A stretch of DNA of 64,000 bases from Trichoplax adhaerens. Its lineage: Eukaryota > Animalia > Placozoa. Made by a program: the position numbers and the translations under genes. Below, piece after piece: positions 40,523-55,410 of the stretch. Numbering within the stretch: the stretch's first letter is position 1; each line of letters opens with the position of its first letter. The DNA is taken from contig NW_002060959.1 in assembly GCF_000150275.1 (NCBI RefSeq), positions 1,262,319 through 1,326,318 on the forward strand, written 5' to 3'. A model generated the notes under the pieces. That model ran no database searches, was not told where the DNA came from, and worked only from the letters and a program-made list of their open reading frames with translations.

Positions 40523-43500
40523 CTAGATACCAGTTTCGGGACGAGTATTGTTGAAAGTATTGGAGCGTAATGTAAAGCTGCGACTTTTAGAAGTATTGAA
40601 ACCTTTCTGCTTTTTATGAAATAATTGGCCAGAGAAGGCATAGATAACTGGATTTACCGCTGATGATAACGTCGGTAACCATGCCATCCAAAAAGCGGTA
40701 AGCCGAACGCTTTGTAGACTTCTAGGACGACGGAAACGGTACCACATGGTATATGACCAGTAGCACCCCCAACAGATGACGAAAAAGAAAGATACGAAGA
40801 GCATCTAAATTCATATGCATGTAATAGGATGCCATGATGTATGGAGTATATAGGTTTAAATTGCAGAGAAATGAAAGAAGCAATCAGTACTTTATAACAA
40901 ATATTTCTACTCATAGAGCAAAAATGGATTAAAATCGAAGCAGTTAAATATAGTCATAAAATTTGAAGTCGGAATATAGAGTATATACAGTTTATTACAG
41001 AAGATGTTCGATCTTGTTATGCAAAAAAATCTTAAAAATGGGCACTCTATAACAGTTTCTAACCCTTCACAATTATAGCGATAGTGATTGAGAAAATAAA
41101 CAAAACATGGATGGATTTTTAATTCACTAGATGCAAGAGGTTACAGTGAAACGATGGTATAACTCTTGTTGAGTAATCGCCTTCATTAAATGTTCTTCCC
41201 CTACGGATTCGAAAATTTTAGGGTGATGTACAAATTGATTTTTGTAATGAATCATTTCATAAATTTGTCAACTGATAAATGAAGCACTAAAAAGGTAGAG
41301 CTCGTTAAAAAGGAAGGAGTATCTGTAATTTAACCAGCAGTTGTGACTGTTTGACATTTTTCATATGCTTTTTACTTCACGTAAGGTAAGGTTAGTAAAT
41401 AGACGTTAAGAGAGAACGCCAATGCGTAGGCAAACTTTGAATTGGTATTGTTATGGTAACCGATAATTTTTGCCTTATAATTATGAGAATCTATATTGTT
41501 GCCGAAATTCGTAATTTTTAACAGACAAATAAGTGTATTTCTATGTGATAAAGTGTCTTCAAAACAATAAGAAAAGAATCGAATTTCCTTTTAAACTTCA
41601 CTTCATTACATACATTACGTTCATCATGTAGCTATCAAGGACTATTCTATTTTAATTTTAAACTAATTTGGGCTGAATCCACATATGCTAATTAATAGAT
41701 AAGTGTACATCGTGCTTGTATGGGTAACATACACATTGGAATATCTGTATGTACACAGCAACACCATCAAAATAGAAGATATATCTTGCATTCTTACTAC
41801 AATTAATATGATAGAATAAAACACAAGATTAATGGAAGAAGGGAGAGCCGTGTTTTGTATTACTTATTTTAGAGTGAAGCAAGCCTTTCTCAATGAACCA
41901 AATATCATTTACATTAAAAAATTGCAATTATGCCATCATGAACTTAGTATTAGATATGTTTCGTATGCTAATAGCTTAGGTGAATAGATTGGTTAATAAG
42001 ATAACAAAATATAATTTATAGGCTACATGATTCAATTACTTAGTTAATTTCAGCGTTTAGATATTTCATTAAAGTATTTTTTTCATTAAATACTTTTAAT
42101 TCTACGCAATAGGTGGGTATTATATGAATTTGACTCTGAGCACTCCGGAAATCGGAAGGAACTCGTTACGGTACTTGAACAGCTATGAAGAAATGGACAT
42201 TTTTAAGAAGAAATTTCCTATTGAGAAGTGATGAATTAATTTCCTGTTTGATGGCTTGTAGTTGATTTAGAATTTGATGGTGACTACTCTACATCAAACT
42301 TGGTTGCGTTTTATATTTTATCTACGAATTGATATCTATGATAGTGTATATATATATATATATACAAGTTATTGAAAATTGATATAGCTAGGATGGTTAG
42401 GACACAAAAAGCATAAGTCTTCGCTATAATTTTTTTTTAGAAGGGCGTTTATGATCACCGTAGACTTTAAAAGATGAAAAAGTGAATAAGCTTTTTAAGT
42501 ATACGCGTATGCATACCATATTTTAGGGGTTAAGGAAATAGAGAGCCCTAGACTAGATGTACCATTTATCATAAATTCTTTCTATGTCTACGATCGATTA
42601 AAATCTGATATTTCTATTACTAATATTTAAAGTTATTTTAAGACTGTATTTTTAATGGACTGAAGAACATGAGGATATTGCGTAAAATAAATTATACAAG
42701 AGCCGGATGTTAGTCTAGGTAAAATAAGAAAAATAGGTAAATGACTTTTTGAAAAATAATTCCAGTATTGTCTGAAACTAATTAAAGAAGTTGATAGTTA
42801 GTTGAATTACGATTGTAATATTGCCATATGTTATTTTGTGATAGAGTTACTATAGTTATAGCTTTATAATTTTTTTGCTATTTTCTATATTTAACATTCG
42901 CTTTAAAAAAACATTGGAGGGAATGAAGCGTAAGTTGCAATCGGTATTAAGAAAAGAATAATATGTAATGGCTAAAGTTGATCTGCATTTTTAATCTCTG
43001 CCTTTTTAAATTAATTAAGACATCCTGGACCAGGTGTAAGAGGATGCTGTTAAGTTGTTTAAATAATAGTAGCACTGGTAAAATATTAATACGAGATTAG
43101 AAGTGGTGATTGTATTTTGCTTACATATTTTTGCATGGTTCCAGTATCTTAATCAAATCTTTTTAAATTAGAAGCGAATTAAAAATAGTAGAAAAAAGAG
43201 ATAGCACGCAATTTATTGCATAACACATTAAGATTAATCAATGCTGATGATTATTTCTGTCAGTCATGACGAATAAGATAGCCAATTTAAATAGCTAATT
43301 TCAATTAAGCAATTTGAAGTGACGGAGACTTGTCGACGCAGTAGTCATTAAATTCTTTATATACGAAAATACTGTACCTACGCAATAGTATAGCTAGTAA
43401 CCGTTAGCTATTTATTTTATCTTCTCGTATATTAAAAATTGATTCAATATAAATTAGCTGTAAAATATTTATAATAACTTTTCGTTAAATTTGCTGCCGA

Positions 43501-46500
43501 CAACACTGTTGGTAGAATATTGTATCATTTCTTTACAAATACGACTAGACATCGTTTTACATTCTCAAGGTAATTATTCCATAAGATGCCATATCTATTC
43601 CGTTTTTAAGCTTTTATGATATTTATAGATTTATTTAACTATTTAATAGATATTATGTATAATTCTTATCAGCCGTCATAAAAATTGATTAATGTAACAA
43701 CATCTAGCTAAATTTTCTCCTCAGCATAGGCTGCATACTATCAAATATTTGACTGATTTTTAAATGCGCTAATGAATTTAGATTCGGTCGCGACAATGCT
43801 ACAATGGTTTCATATTTCCATATTATCAACGCTTTGGTAATATAACATAATCATACTATACTGTAAAAATAGGTTTTTTAATTACAGCAGTAAGTGATAG
43901 TATACTTATTATCTACTTAATGGGATAGTGATTATTTCTTCTGTATGATTATTTTTTCGTCATTGATACGAATAAAGTCAATTTTACATCTCTAATAAAT
44001 AATATAATTAGACTAGCTGGCAAAATACTGATTATAATGGAATGAATACTAAAGCTGATGAAATGAATTTCGCTTAATTCAAGTCTAAATGAAGTTTAGA
44101 ACAAAAACAATAGATAGAACTATCAAAGACTTATGTAAGGCGTGTAGTTCTAAAAAATCCATTTTATTGGAAAAGGTCTGGACCCAAGAAGTAAACTGAG
44201 GAATTTATTTCCATTTCTACGTTGAATAGATATTCCTTTTATATTTTAAAAGACTGATAAATACTAAGCGAATATGGAAAACAATTAAACTCCTAAAATT
44301 TACTGGACAGTAAGCGTTTAAAAGAAATTGATTAATTGAGATATGATTATTGATCGATGATATGATATTATCACTTATAGTTCTACTTTTATTGCGTGTA
44401 TATTTTTTTCATTGTATTTGCCTTGTATGGAAAGGTAAGATTTATACTTTTAGTACTACTGAAATATAAGTCTATTCTTTATCATAGCGATTATAAAATT
44501 AATGATGCTGTTTGATGATGAACATCCTACGGATCAAGAGTTAGATGGCATTTATTGTTATGCCATGTAGTGTGATAAATATATTATGCTAAAATTAATT
44601 CCTATTTAAGGGTTATTTGTTACTTAAGTGGGCTAAATTTAGAATCAAGGGATTGTGTAATAGTTTATGATGCAGTTGTTGGGCTATTAATGGGAGCTAT
44701 ATAGTAATTATAATTTTGCGCTCCTTTAGTTTATATTGCACTGATGCATCAGTAATAAATGACAAGCTTATTAATGTCTTCTGATTAGGATTTGCACTTA
44801 ATTTTATAGCGAAATAATTATTCATTTGTCGCATTAGAACTAAAAATCCACTACTATGTAAGTTCGTTCTTAAAGTAAATTTGAAAAATTCTAGACATCA
44901 ATGATACTTCATGAGAAATCAGAATAAAATTATTCGAGTTTTTTGAAACAAATTCATCTACAATTAAAATTTTAATTGTGTTCAAAAGATCGATTCGGTT
45001 ATAAAATTTGCTTGATTGGATTCTCGTTAAATTTTAATTAAGCCGCTACACACTATGGGTTGCCGGTTAAGTAGTAACTTTAATATTGAGTTTTATAAAT
45101 TAAAACGTTAATATAGATGATGCTTTATGGGTTGGCGTAGATTTTAAGAGGATTTACACTAAAGTAAATTCAAATTAATTAATAATTCAATATTCATACT
45201 AGCACTATATAAGCTAGTTTGAGAACTAGAATGTATTAGCTTGTGAAAAGAAATATTCGACCTATTTTGTAAATCATTACAGCTATTAAACGGCAATTAT
45301 CTAACTGAAAGGTAATTAAGCTAGTGCTACTAGTTATAATGAAATGAAACAATAATATAGTTTTTATTCAACTTTGAATAACTGAATAAAAAATTTGCAT
45401 TTCTTACTGACAATATATATTTCCGCAAGATGATTGTGTCATGATAAGGTTACTATGTATGACCGATCAGATTTTCGGTTACTAAATATTATCAAATAAT
45501 TTTATTTGAGTAATAATGACTTACTCTGTTTCGTCTAGAACAATAAGACCCCAAAATTTGTTTTATGATGCTGACGGAAGCTAGTTGTCTTTTACTGTAG
45601 ATATTAATAGCTGTAGTTGTGTAGATGCTACAATCAACTAGCATTAAATCAATATGGCGATAGTTCATCATAACTGCTTTAATAATAAATAGAAATTCAG
45701 GAGTTGACAAGCGGATGACAAATTGGAAGTAATTTTAAAGGGATAAATATATTCTGAAAATGTTTTCAACTATGCACTAACAAGAATTGCGCAGGTATAG
45801 CGGAAAAAACTAATAGTCGAATCGATGACTACTTATGATAGTTACTTTCCTATTATTTGGCAGATTAATTCCGTTATGTTAATGGTATGAAAATACCTTT
45901 CGTCATGAAATTTCTATTTGAATTAAATGTCATTAGTTGATAAATCAGATAGCTAGACTTATTTACGTGTCAAACTTTAGATGGTTATGAATGATAGTCT
46001 ATGAGACATAGATCTGAAAATTGACTCTTTGCGAATGGATTGGCAAATTAGAATAACTTAAGCTGTGCAAATAAGAGAAATCTATTCTGTTGTATTGTGC
46101 TTTTAATCAAAATTAGATCAATACTGATATTTGATGTTATTGATGACTCTTTTAAAGAATAATATAGAATAGTCTCATTAAATACAATGAATACCAGTTA
46201 GAGTTAGTAAAGGTTAAATCAATAGTGTTATGACTACAGCAATTTAGCTTTTTATTTTTTATTTTATAGGACTTTTCTGCTACTTTTACTTTCTAACGGT
46301 ACCTGTCATAGGTATGGCTCGAATAAAATTTGTAGATTTTTGAATTCACGTAAGGAACAGAGACAAAATTTCATGAACAACTACATAATCAATTGCATTG
46401 GAAGTAATATAGTAGAATAATCCATACCCTAGATTGAGAATGAAAATTATCGGTACGATTGCGAAAATTTTACTCTATTTTTAATGTTGCTATAAAGAAC

Positions 46501-48269
46501 ATTGCTATATAGTACTAAATGCATTCGTTTGAGATGGCATTTAAAGGATAGTAGATAATGATAAGATTTCATTGAAGATGAATTTACAGTTAAAATGTTA
46601 CTAGATAGAGTCAATAGTCTATTTTATAATTATGATTCGTCTCATTAAGCATTAGGTTAAATAAAATATTGAGTGCCAGCACTTATACTGGCACTCAGAT
46701 GCTACTGCAGTCTAATACAAAAATTCATTATAATAATGGAATATGCAGTAGTACCATTATCCTGCTAACTTATGCTGAACAAGTTAAAAGGAAGATATGG
46801 TGGCTTGATACGTATAAAAGTATTTTATGCATACTTTATTTCATGAGCAGTCGATGAATATCCACGAATGGCATATATTTATGTCGACTAAATATTAATG
46901 AAATCGATGTATGGCAAAGAGAATAAAATGTATGATCGTAAACTTTAAGTATTCTTATTAGCCTACACTGTAAAAATAAAAAATACCTTCTATTGATATT
47001 AAGAAATAAATGGGACTATAAATCTGCACTGCCAGAATTAATACTTAATCGCGCTCCAGAATACGTGAGACTAGAATAAATTTTTTCTTTTATCCCGATG
47101 AAGTGAGCTACTCAGTTATAGTAGGAGTGTAAAATAATGTAGTTTAATAAAAATCTAACTCAAAACTGATGGCTACCCATCTTTATTTTATGTAAATAAA
47201 AAATGTGGCGTAAAATCAAGGATTAATGAGGAAGGGAAAGTCAGTTTACTGAACGCATGCAAGTCTTGGCAATTAATCATTTTTAAAGGTCAGCATTGTA
47301 TTGGGTTAGTGTGAAGCAAGTATTGCAGTTGCAATATACGTAAGTGCCTTTTCCTACTATTCTATTAAAGTTTATTTCTTCAATGAAATATGAAGACGAT
47401 GTCGACTTGAACGGAAATTAGTTATACGGGTACGATTGAATAAGAAAGGGACTCTAGGATAAATTGCGGTGAATTAAAGGTATTTATACAATGTAAAAAA
47501 TTGAATATATTATTACCGTTTTAGCCACTTTCTTTCTTTCCTTCATTAAACGGTTTCGAATAGCTACAGATCCAACTGTAGCGTGACTTTCTTTCATCAA
47601 GTGATTGAAAATGGATAAGTAGCATAGCATCATACATAGGGATGGTAAAATGTAAAGGATGATGACGGTTAAAGTAGTATAAGTACGGCTGAAGATATAT
47701 TGCGGATCATCAAATCGGGAACAGAAGTAAGGTTTATCATAAGAGCCTGGTAATGCTTTTAAATGGACTAAGAATAGATTAGGTAGACAGATACAAAATC
47801 CAACTATCCATATGAGTAATATCGTTGTTCTAGTTCGTTTGGTGGTGCTTGCAAATTCAAGTGGCTTGCAAATGACTTGATAGCGATCAAAAGCTATGGC
47901 GGTTAAAGTTTGCACGCTAATACAAATTGCTAAATTGCGAATAAACATAAATACCTTGCACATTTCTTCGCCCAAGACCCATTCATTGTGATTTAGATTT
48001 TGCAGTAGTATCGACGGTGCATAAACACCGCTAATCATTAGATCAGATATAGCTAAGCTAGTAATATAATACACTGCAACATTAGATTTTAAATCTCTAC
48101 GATATAATTTGACTATGATAACTAATAAGTTACCAATAAAACCCAATACCATACAAATGCTTGATACTATAATCGAATACAGATTATTATCAAGGGAGTG
48201 ATAGGGTGGAAAGGTATAGTTTACAGATACATTTTCCCATTCTAGTACAGTCGTTGGATATAGGCTCAT
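40523..48269 (-). CDS. Class A (rhodopsin-like) GPCR, peptide-receptor-like, 344 aa, two coding exons
   Basis: Exon 1 48269-47517 covers TM1-TM5 (GNLLV, LAISDL, EWVLGEEMCK, DRYQVICKP, IWIVG, ECL2 Cys, YILP) and ends KKVAKT|GTAATA. Exon 2 40804-40523 follows a TTTAG acceptor and covers TM6-TM7 (FFFVICWGCY, NPVIY). The intron is phase 0 and 6712 bp. N-glycosylation sequons NVS and NYT are in the N-terminus. Confidence 0.9.
42347..42364. repeat. (TA)9 microsatellite in the GPCR intron
   Basis: Read directly from the sequence. Confidence 0.85.
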
Positions 48270-51200
48270 TTTGAGCTTCTTTACAAGATTAAAATCGACT
48301 TTGAAAATGATAAATTTACACTACTTACGCCTTTATCTATGTTATGGGTAATAATCTATCTTGTATCATGCAATAAAATATAGTTTTGTCAGACGTCGAG
48401 TGGAACAATTGATGTCTGACAATGAATATAAGCGTATTTGTTAATTTTTTCTTCTGCTATTGATGATTGATGAAGATATCGATGACGGCTGCAATGATAA
48501 AATAGTAAAAATTGTTTTATAAATTAGAATAGAAAGCCACAGGCCAATTTAACTACTAATGCAGTGAACTATAAAAAAATAGATTACTGATAATAGCCAG
48601 TAACAGACGATTACGCGTCTACGGCTCTGTCAAGCAAAAATAGTAGTCTATGCCTAAGCGGTCAGAATTTTCTCAACAATAAACGATTTATTGATGATAT
48701 AGATGGAGCTGATGATGACCAAAATTAGCAACAATAGAAATAATCTATTAGAATAGTAAGCTATTTAGCGATTACTTTAAAGCAGAGTATGCTTTATTAA
48801 TGGTGATGATTCGAAGTTTATTTTGTCATCGTTTCAGATGATTTTAATAATTTCAATACAAAAGTTGGGCTGTAAGTACCTCTAGAAATGTATTAATTGA
48901 TGTTTGTTAGTAAAATAATTGAACCAATTTGAATAATGAACAGGATAGACTTTAATGAAAGTTGTATATTTCCCTTAGATAAATAGCAAACATGGATTGA
49001 TGTATTATGACAGCCAGAAATAAGTTGTCTTCAACAAAAGTACTTAATCCAGGTTTGTTTTTCGCATTCGATGTTGATAATTATTTACGAGAGAAGGTGC
49101 AATGGTTTATTTAATTTGTTTCAATGTTATGCCCTTAGATTTATGGATTGAAATCAAGTAATAGTAAATGCTAATCTGCATTGGTTTATCCAAATAGTTA
49201 AAAAGAATTAAACAGCAATAGGGAAATAGATCGTATCAATAAATTGGATAAACCACAAGGATTTGATTTTAGGTTTATAGAAACGCTGGCAGGACAAATA
49301 ACAATTGATGAGCAATAGTTGCTTAAAAATATCTTCCCTTTCTCTATATATCGGTTAGGATATTGATATAGATTAAATGGTTGATCGTGTAAGAGTGCGT
49401 ATAATCCAGGTTATAAGATTTAAAAGTAATTACTTCTTATTTTAGCAATCCTGCTTGCACCTTTAAAAAGCTATGATAGCGACCAAATGAGAGAAGGAAC
49501 AGAAAAGAATAATTTATCAGTAGCCAGGTAATAAGAATTTCTGCAGTAGATATGTCGTTTCTATTTAAATGATTGGATAGGGATAGTTTTATAAATGATA
49601 TCAATGATAGCTGTAAGGGTACTTACCAGATTTTATATAATCAAATTTGGCAATCCTATATTCTCAAAAGATAGGAGTGCGTATTATGATATTCCATAAA
49701 ATTGATATGTATTTTGAATGTATTATACAAACAGATGACATCAGGAACTTGATCAAAGGTTAGAATATTCAATGGATTGATTTAAACCTGGTTATACATG
49801 AAAATAAAATGAAATGATTCGTCTTTTGGTGATAATTGAATTAGAATATCATTGCTTGCCATCATTGTTAGTTACAGACTAAAGAATGTGGGAGTAATTG
49901 GTTGGATAGAATTGATGATCATCTGTTTCCATGCTAATTTGATTCGCCTGCAATACTACAGAATCATATCTTGACATACGGTATTCTAGGAGCAAAGAAT
50001 ATGGATTCATCTGTTGCCAGCTAATATCTCTGAAAATACGTACTACATCCCTACCATAGCAAAATCGATTATATCTAATATTTATTACTATTACGGGCGT
50101 AGATCAACATTGGTATAGACTTAAGTATGTGATTAATTGTCAGGATGAATATCTTAGGTTGAAATAATCTAATTTTATATCAATAGATTTCAAAATAGTT
50201 AAAACAATGATAATTCTTCAATATTTGAAAATAGGTCACAATGACTGATTTAATATTCATGAAAGCATTCATCAAAATTGTCTGTACTTTTAAATTATTT
50301 AATCATTTTTTGATTCAAAATCCTTTCATTTGTAAATAACGGAGCAAATATTAGGTTTTAAGTCACGCAAACAAATGTATACCAATCGGTATCGATGTAT
50401 AGTCTTACATGTATATTTTATACATTCACAAGCAGATTTTGTCCTATAGGCGCTTTATCCATAGAATATCGCTTTCTCATCTAATATTTTAGATTTTCAA
50501 TGGATATGTATAGTATTGATACTATTTTTATTATGTGTTAATATTTTGTGCATAATGTCAGCGGTATTATTTCAGGTATGAAAGCTTGAGATAATAATAG
50601 TAACTAATAAAATATATATAAACATATCCCGATGTATAGAATGTTTCAAAACTTATCTGATACGCCCGATTAAATTTCAACTTGTAATAACTTTCTATCA
50701 TTAGTACGTTTAAATGACAGTAAATATTACAATCTGCGACGCAATCATTATTATATTTTATGTATTCTTTTTATTCTTACTTGCTATGAGCAATAATTTA
50801 TTTATAACAAAGAATTCATTTCTACATCCTTTAGAATGATGGTGTGTTGTAACGAAAATACCCAATAGATCAGCCAAGCTTTTATCATAGGGTACAGAAT
50901 AATAAGTAGCAAATTTACACGTATAACCAATGTTGTCTACCACAGAAATCATGCCTAAGCGTTGTTTTAAGAGCACCTTTTAGAGTTAAGTATTATGTAT
51001 AGTGGTATCTAGCCTTTACTGCTCGTTACCCAACTGAATAAAGTGTACAAGCTATTACGGTTGTCCATAAAAGCAGCTAAGATGAAAAAGAATAAATACA
51101 ATTTTCTATAAAGTGAATCAGAGAATTATTTTAGTGACCTTCCATCATTACAATAACCTAAATTATCAAATGGACATGCATTGAAACGGTTTAGTACCTT

Positions 51201-53153
51201 AATATTGCTCAAACTTTGATCGAAAGGCAAACAAAACTGTAAACAAGAAATGACATTTTAATGACATAATACTGTAACACCGGTAGTAAAATAATTTGTT
51301 GATCCATTTGGCACGTGGCGTAACTGTGCTAGTTTTACTGTAGAATCGTAAATAGTTAATTCTTACGAATGTAATGCAATTATGTTTGCGGCAATGTTAT
51401 GCAATGTCTTTTTACATTGTTGGCTAAAATACAATAGCCCTTTCAAGGGTCAATTCTGATTGAAAAGTTTGCAGTGTATTATTAACATGCTAGTTGATCG
51501 CGGCATAGCTTGGCTAGGTATTGCCAAAATTAAATTATGACGGTCGTACGGAGCCACGATGTATCTAGTTAACTTAAGATATTAGGAAATTTTTCATTAA
51601 TAATATGGGGATATATGTGAACAAATTACCGAAAATGGTAAACTTTAAATCTATGGAGAAAGAATCTCAATAAACAGTAGCAATGTCACATCCTATAGAA
51701 ACATATAAACTCTGCTATGCTAATGTATCATCCTTTCTATTAAATAATGCATATTTTTGTCATTTTTATATAAAGATAAGATAGAACTATAATTATGGAA
51801 ATATATTAGCAATAAATATTAGTGCTTCTTGGAGTTCGTTTATCAAATATTTAAAATTTTAATCTGATGGATATAGTCACAAAGTTTCACCATCTAGATT
51901 AACTTCATAATGTCTATTGTACTTTTAGACTTATAAGTTCATCTATAGAAAAAATGGAAATATGATAAATATCGTATATGATTATGACGATTAGCCATTG
52001 TCGAAGTAATCAACTCGGAAAATTATACGAACGATATCGGGATTTAAATCTGCATTTACTTCATCTGATTTTTCTAGCAGCCAACTCTATTTACGAATAT
52101 GCTAAACCGTTTTTATCCCACTTCTATAGACTGCTATACCACTCAATCGGTATATCGTCGTGATCCTGTACGAAAAGTACAATCAAGTCTAGAGCCTACT
52201 TTCTGATCAATAAATTGATTCGATGCTATTGCTTTTATTTAAATACTCGATAGCAAGTTGCGAAAATTGTTGACGGCGTTGCAGATATACAACCTTGGAC
52301 TGCCTATGAGATAACCTATATCCAAATAGTGATTAAATCTGAGTTATAAATTGATAACACGGCAAGGAATATAATATATCCCTTTGACTGTACTGCTTTT
52401 TTAACTGATTCTTGCAAAGTATTGTAGTAAAAATAATTATGAATTAGCGCCGCTGTTTTCTATAATCTATTCTAAAGAATTACAATTGTATCTATGTTAT
52501 ATTAGCTCGAGTAATGTTAGTTATTATTGATCGAATTATTGAATTTGTATTGGTATTTCAACACAAATAACTAAAAATAAATGATATTCAGGCAATATCT
52601 ACAATGGCAAGCCACGAGTCAGGTATTCAAAGTCCTAATTTATTTCATGTAAAGATGAATATTTAATGTGACTTCGATGCTTAATACTTATAGAGCCGAA
52701 AACGTCATAAATGTACAATTCCTAGCTAGAATGCTAGTTATAATTGAATTAAGTTACTAAAATGACCGAACGTAAGGCTATTCTATTAATGAAATTAACT
52801 ATAAATTAATAATCATGCACTAGAAGAAATTGATTAATTGTATCAACATGGAAATTAGATGTAATTTAAAATACCGAATTGTATGAAAAAGTAATATCAT
52901 AATGCACTGATTATTTTTTGCTTTATTTATTTTTAAGTCAATTTCTGGTCTATTTTATTTTTTCATCCTATAACACTTATCAATACAAAGGATTTCAAGT
53001 GCATAATAGTTAGGCTTTGAATGGATCATCCTGTAATTTTTTAAGAGTTCTAAACAAAATAAATTCCTTAAAATTAATAGTTATAATCATGAAACCAAAC
53101 AATAGACAGGTGTATCTCATGAAACATTAGCCCTTATAGAAATTTCATAAGAT

Positions 53154-53203
53154 NNNNNNNNNNNNNNNNNNNNNNNNNNNNNNNNNNNNNNNNNNNNNNN
53201 NNN
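53154..53203. other. Assembly gap (50 N)
   Basis: Run of N. Confidence 1.
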
Positions 53204-54399
53204 AGAAGAAAAATAAAAATCTTTAAATTTCTCTATTTAATTAAGCATTATATAGATAACGACCATTTTTCTTAACGTTAGTTAAAGGGTTGATCTTAAA
53301 ATAATAATTGCATATTTCTCTAACTTATTATTGAAATCAATGCATTATTTATATATCCGAAAGAATTTTTGAAAGTCTAGTGATGCTTTATAATTGTAAT
53401 AATAAAAGATGCTTGATTTATTATAGTATCCGTAGCAGAGTGATGCAAAAGAAATTGCTAGTCCATTGAGTAAGTAATGCTATAATTGTATTTCTGAAGT
53501 AGGTATAAGATTGCTTTAACAATTGTCGAGTAAATTTAAGCTAGGGAGGAAGTAATGAGTTATATTACTTTCACTTCAATATAACAGCTACGAAAACGTA
53601 TTTGCGGTGTTTGTTAATATGTTGATACTAGAAGAGAGCCTTGTCTTTAGAGAAATGGCTTTGAATTTTCGTTACTTTTGCACATTTTGTTAGTAGCAAA
53701 ATGCTTAAATTGACGTTAAAATGCGTTATTTTTTAAAATCTGTGTGATCTAATTTCTGTTGTTAAACGAAGCATATATTGATAAGTTTTGTTACATCAGC
53801 TTATGCGATACATACTTTCTACCGTTATTTTCTATAGAAGTACCATTATAATGTATTATCAAAACGATTTTATATTTTAATATAGTTGCTACTTTAAAGT
53901 AATTAAGTATTCAATTAATTTGCTTAGCCATAAAATGAAAGTATTCTAGTAGCGAGATAAGAAATAATGCTGCAATAAATATCTCGTATATTGCAGTCAT
54001 AGGTTTAATAAATAGCAAAATTTCTATTAACTATATTAATTACTCACAATAACTTATCAGTTTCTTTGTCGTGTCAATTACTAAAATTTCGTTCAGCATT
54101 TTTATGAAGACAATGCCAAAGTACAATCTCGTAATTCGGATAGCTGGTCATTAATTGCATATGCTTTTGTCAGGAAATGATTCTAGGTTCGTACCTATAT
54201 CTACATTAGAAACTAAGGTGTTTTTGAAGTTCTAGATTAGGGCTATATTAATATGTTTCAATATTTAGCTAAGAAATACTGTTTAAAATGCAGACTTAGC
54301 AATTTCATTAGATTGCTGGTGACAGATATAAATAAGTTTCGTATTGTGGAAAGGATCATTGCTATGATATGTAAAGTATTTATTATCAAGAAAGGTATG

Positions 54400-54558
54400 T
54401 GTTACGAGCTAGGAATAAAATAGCCCTAACTCGCAATAAGGATTGAGAGAGTTATTTCTACCCTTTACTACTGTTGTTTGGAATAACAGACAATTGGTAT
54501 TCCAAGGCATTTAGGGTTTAACGTAGGAAAACCTTCAAGAATTACTAGAAAATCAAAT
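54400..54558 (-). mobile_element. LTR-like terminus truncated by an assembly gap
   Basis: Begins TGTTACGAGCTAG on the + strand, is a reverse-complement homolog of about 39200-39349, and runs directly into the N gap. Confidence 0.6.
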
Positions 54559-54608
54559 NNNNNNNNNNNNNNNNNNNNNNNNNNNNNNNNNNNNNNNNNN
54601 NNNNNNNN
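54559..54608. other. Assembly gap (50 N)
   Basis: Run of N. Confidence 1.
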
Positions 54609-55410
54609 ATGCCTATACAAATAAAGTTAGTATTTTAAAGTATAAATCTTATAATTTTGGATATTAAAATGTACTTAAGTAAAAAATAAATTTCAAAATA
54701 AGACATTTATGACTCTAGAAGATCCTTATGTATTTGTTGACGCCGATACCTTATTGAAATCAAATTTAGTATAATATTTATCGCAGTATTTTGAAACTAT
54801 GATTATGATTACATGTTTAATGTTATAGTTGCGAAATATTCTAGACAGGAGTCTCAGAAAAAATGGGATAACGTTAGAAAATCTGTTAATGTTTTGGTAA
54901 GAAGATGCACACTAAATTAAGAGATAGAGATAGCAATAATAGCATGTTTACACATAGACGTTTTCTATATAACCAGAGTTTTTCTTAAATTAAAGATGAC
55001 TGTTGTTAATGATTTTATGTCAACTTTGACTCTGTGCCTTAAGTTTACATGTGTTTTCTCATTTCAACTACTAAGTTGTGACAATGTCATGCAGTTATAA
55101 TCTTATTACAGTTTTACTTAGCAAAATACAGTATATAATCGAGGGCTGTGATTGGCCCTACACCAGATAGATTGATGTAAATAGCCTCGAGTATTCTAAT
55201 ACTATAAGAAAGGCCATTTTAAATCTAGATTTAAAGATGGCTAGTTTCTACTTAGTGGTTTATTGTGTGAATTAGCTTTCATTGTAAATATATGACTGAC
55301 TTGGAAATTTTTCTTACAAATTCTTCGATTCTTAGAATGAAAATTGAACGCGAAAATATTATGGATATTTTCTTGCTATTAAACGATATTACTTTATTCG
55401 TTAAGGCAGC

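Noticed and set aside
55214-55242. Near-perfect palindrome GCCATTTTAAATCTAGATTTAAAGATGGC, and a similar short hairpin at about 23093-23117
   Set aside because: Short, isolated and without supporting context in AT-rich DNA.
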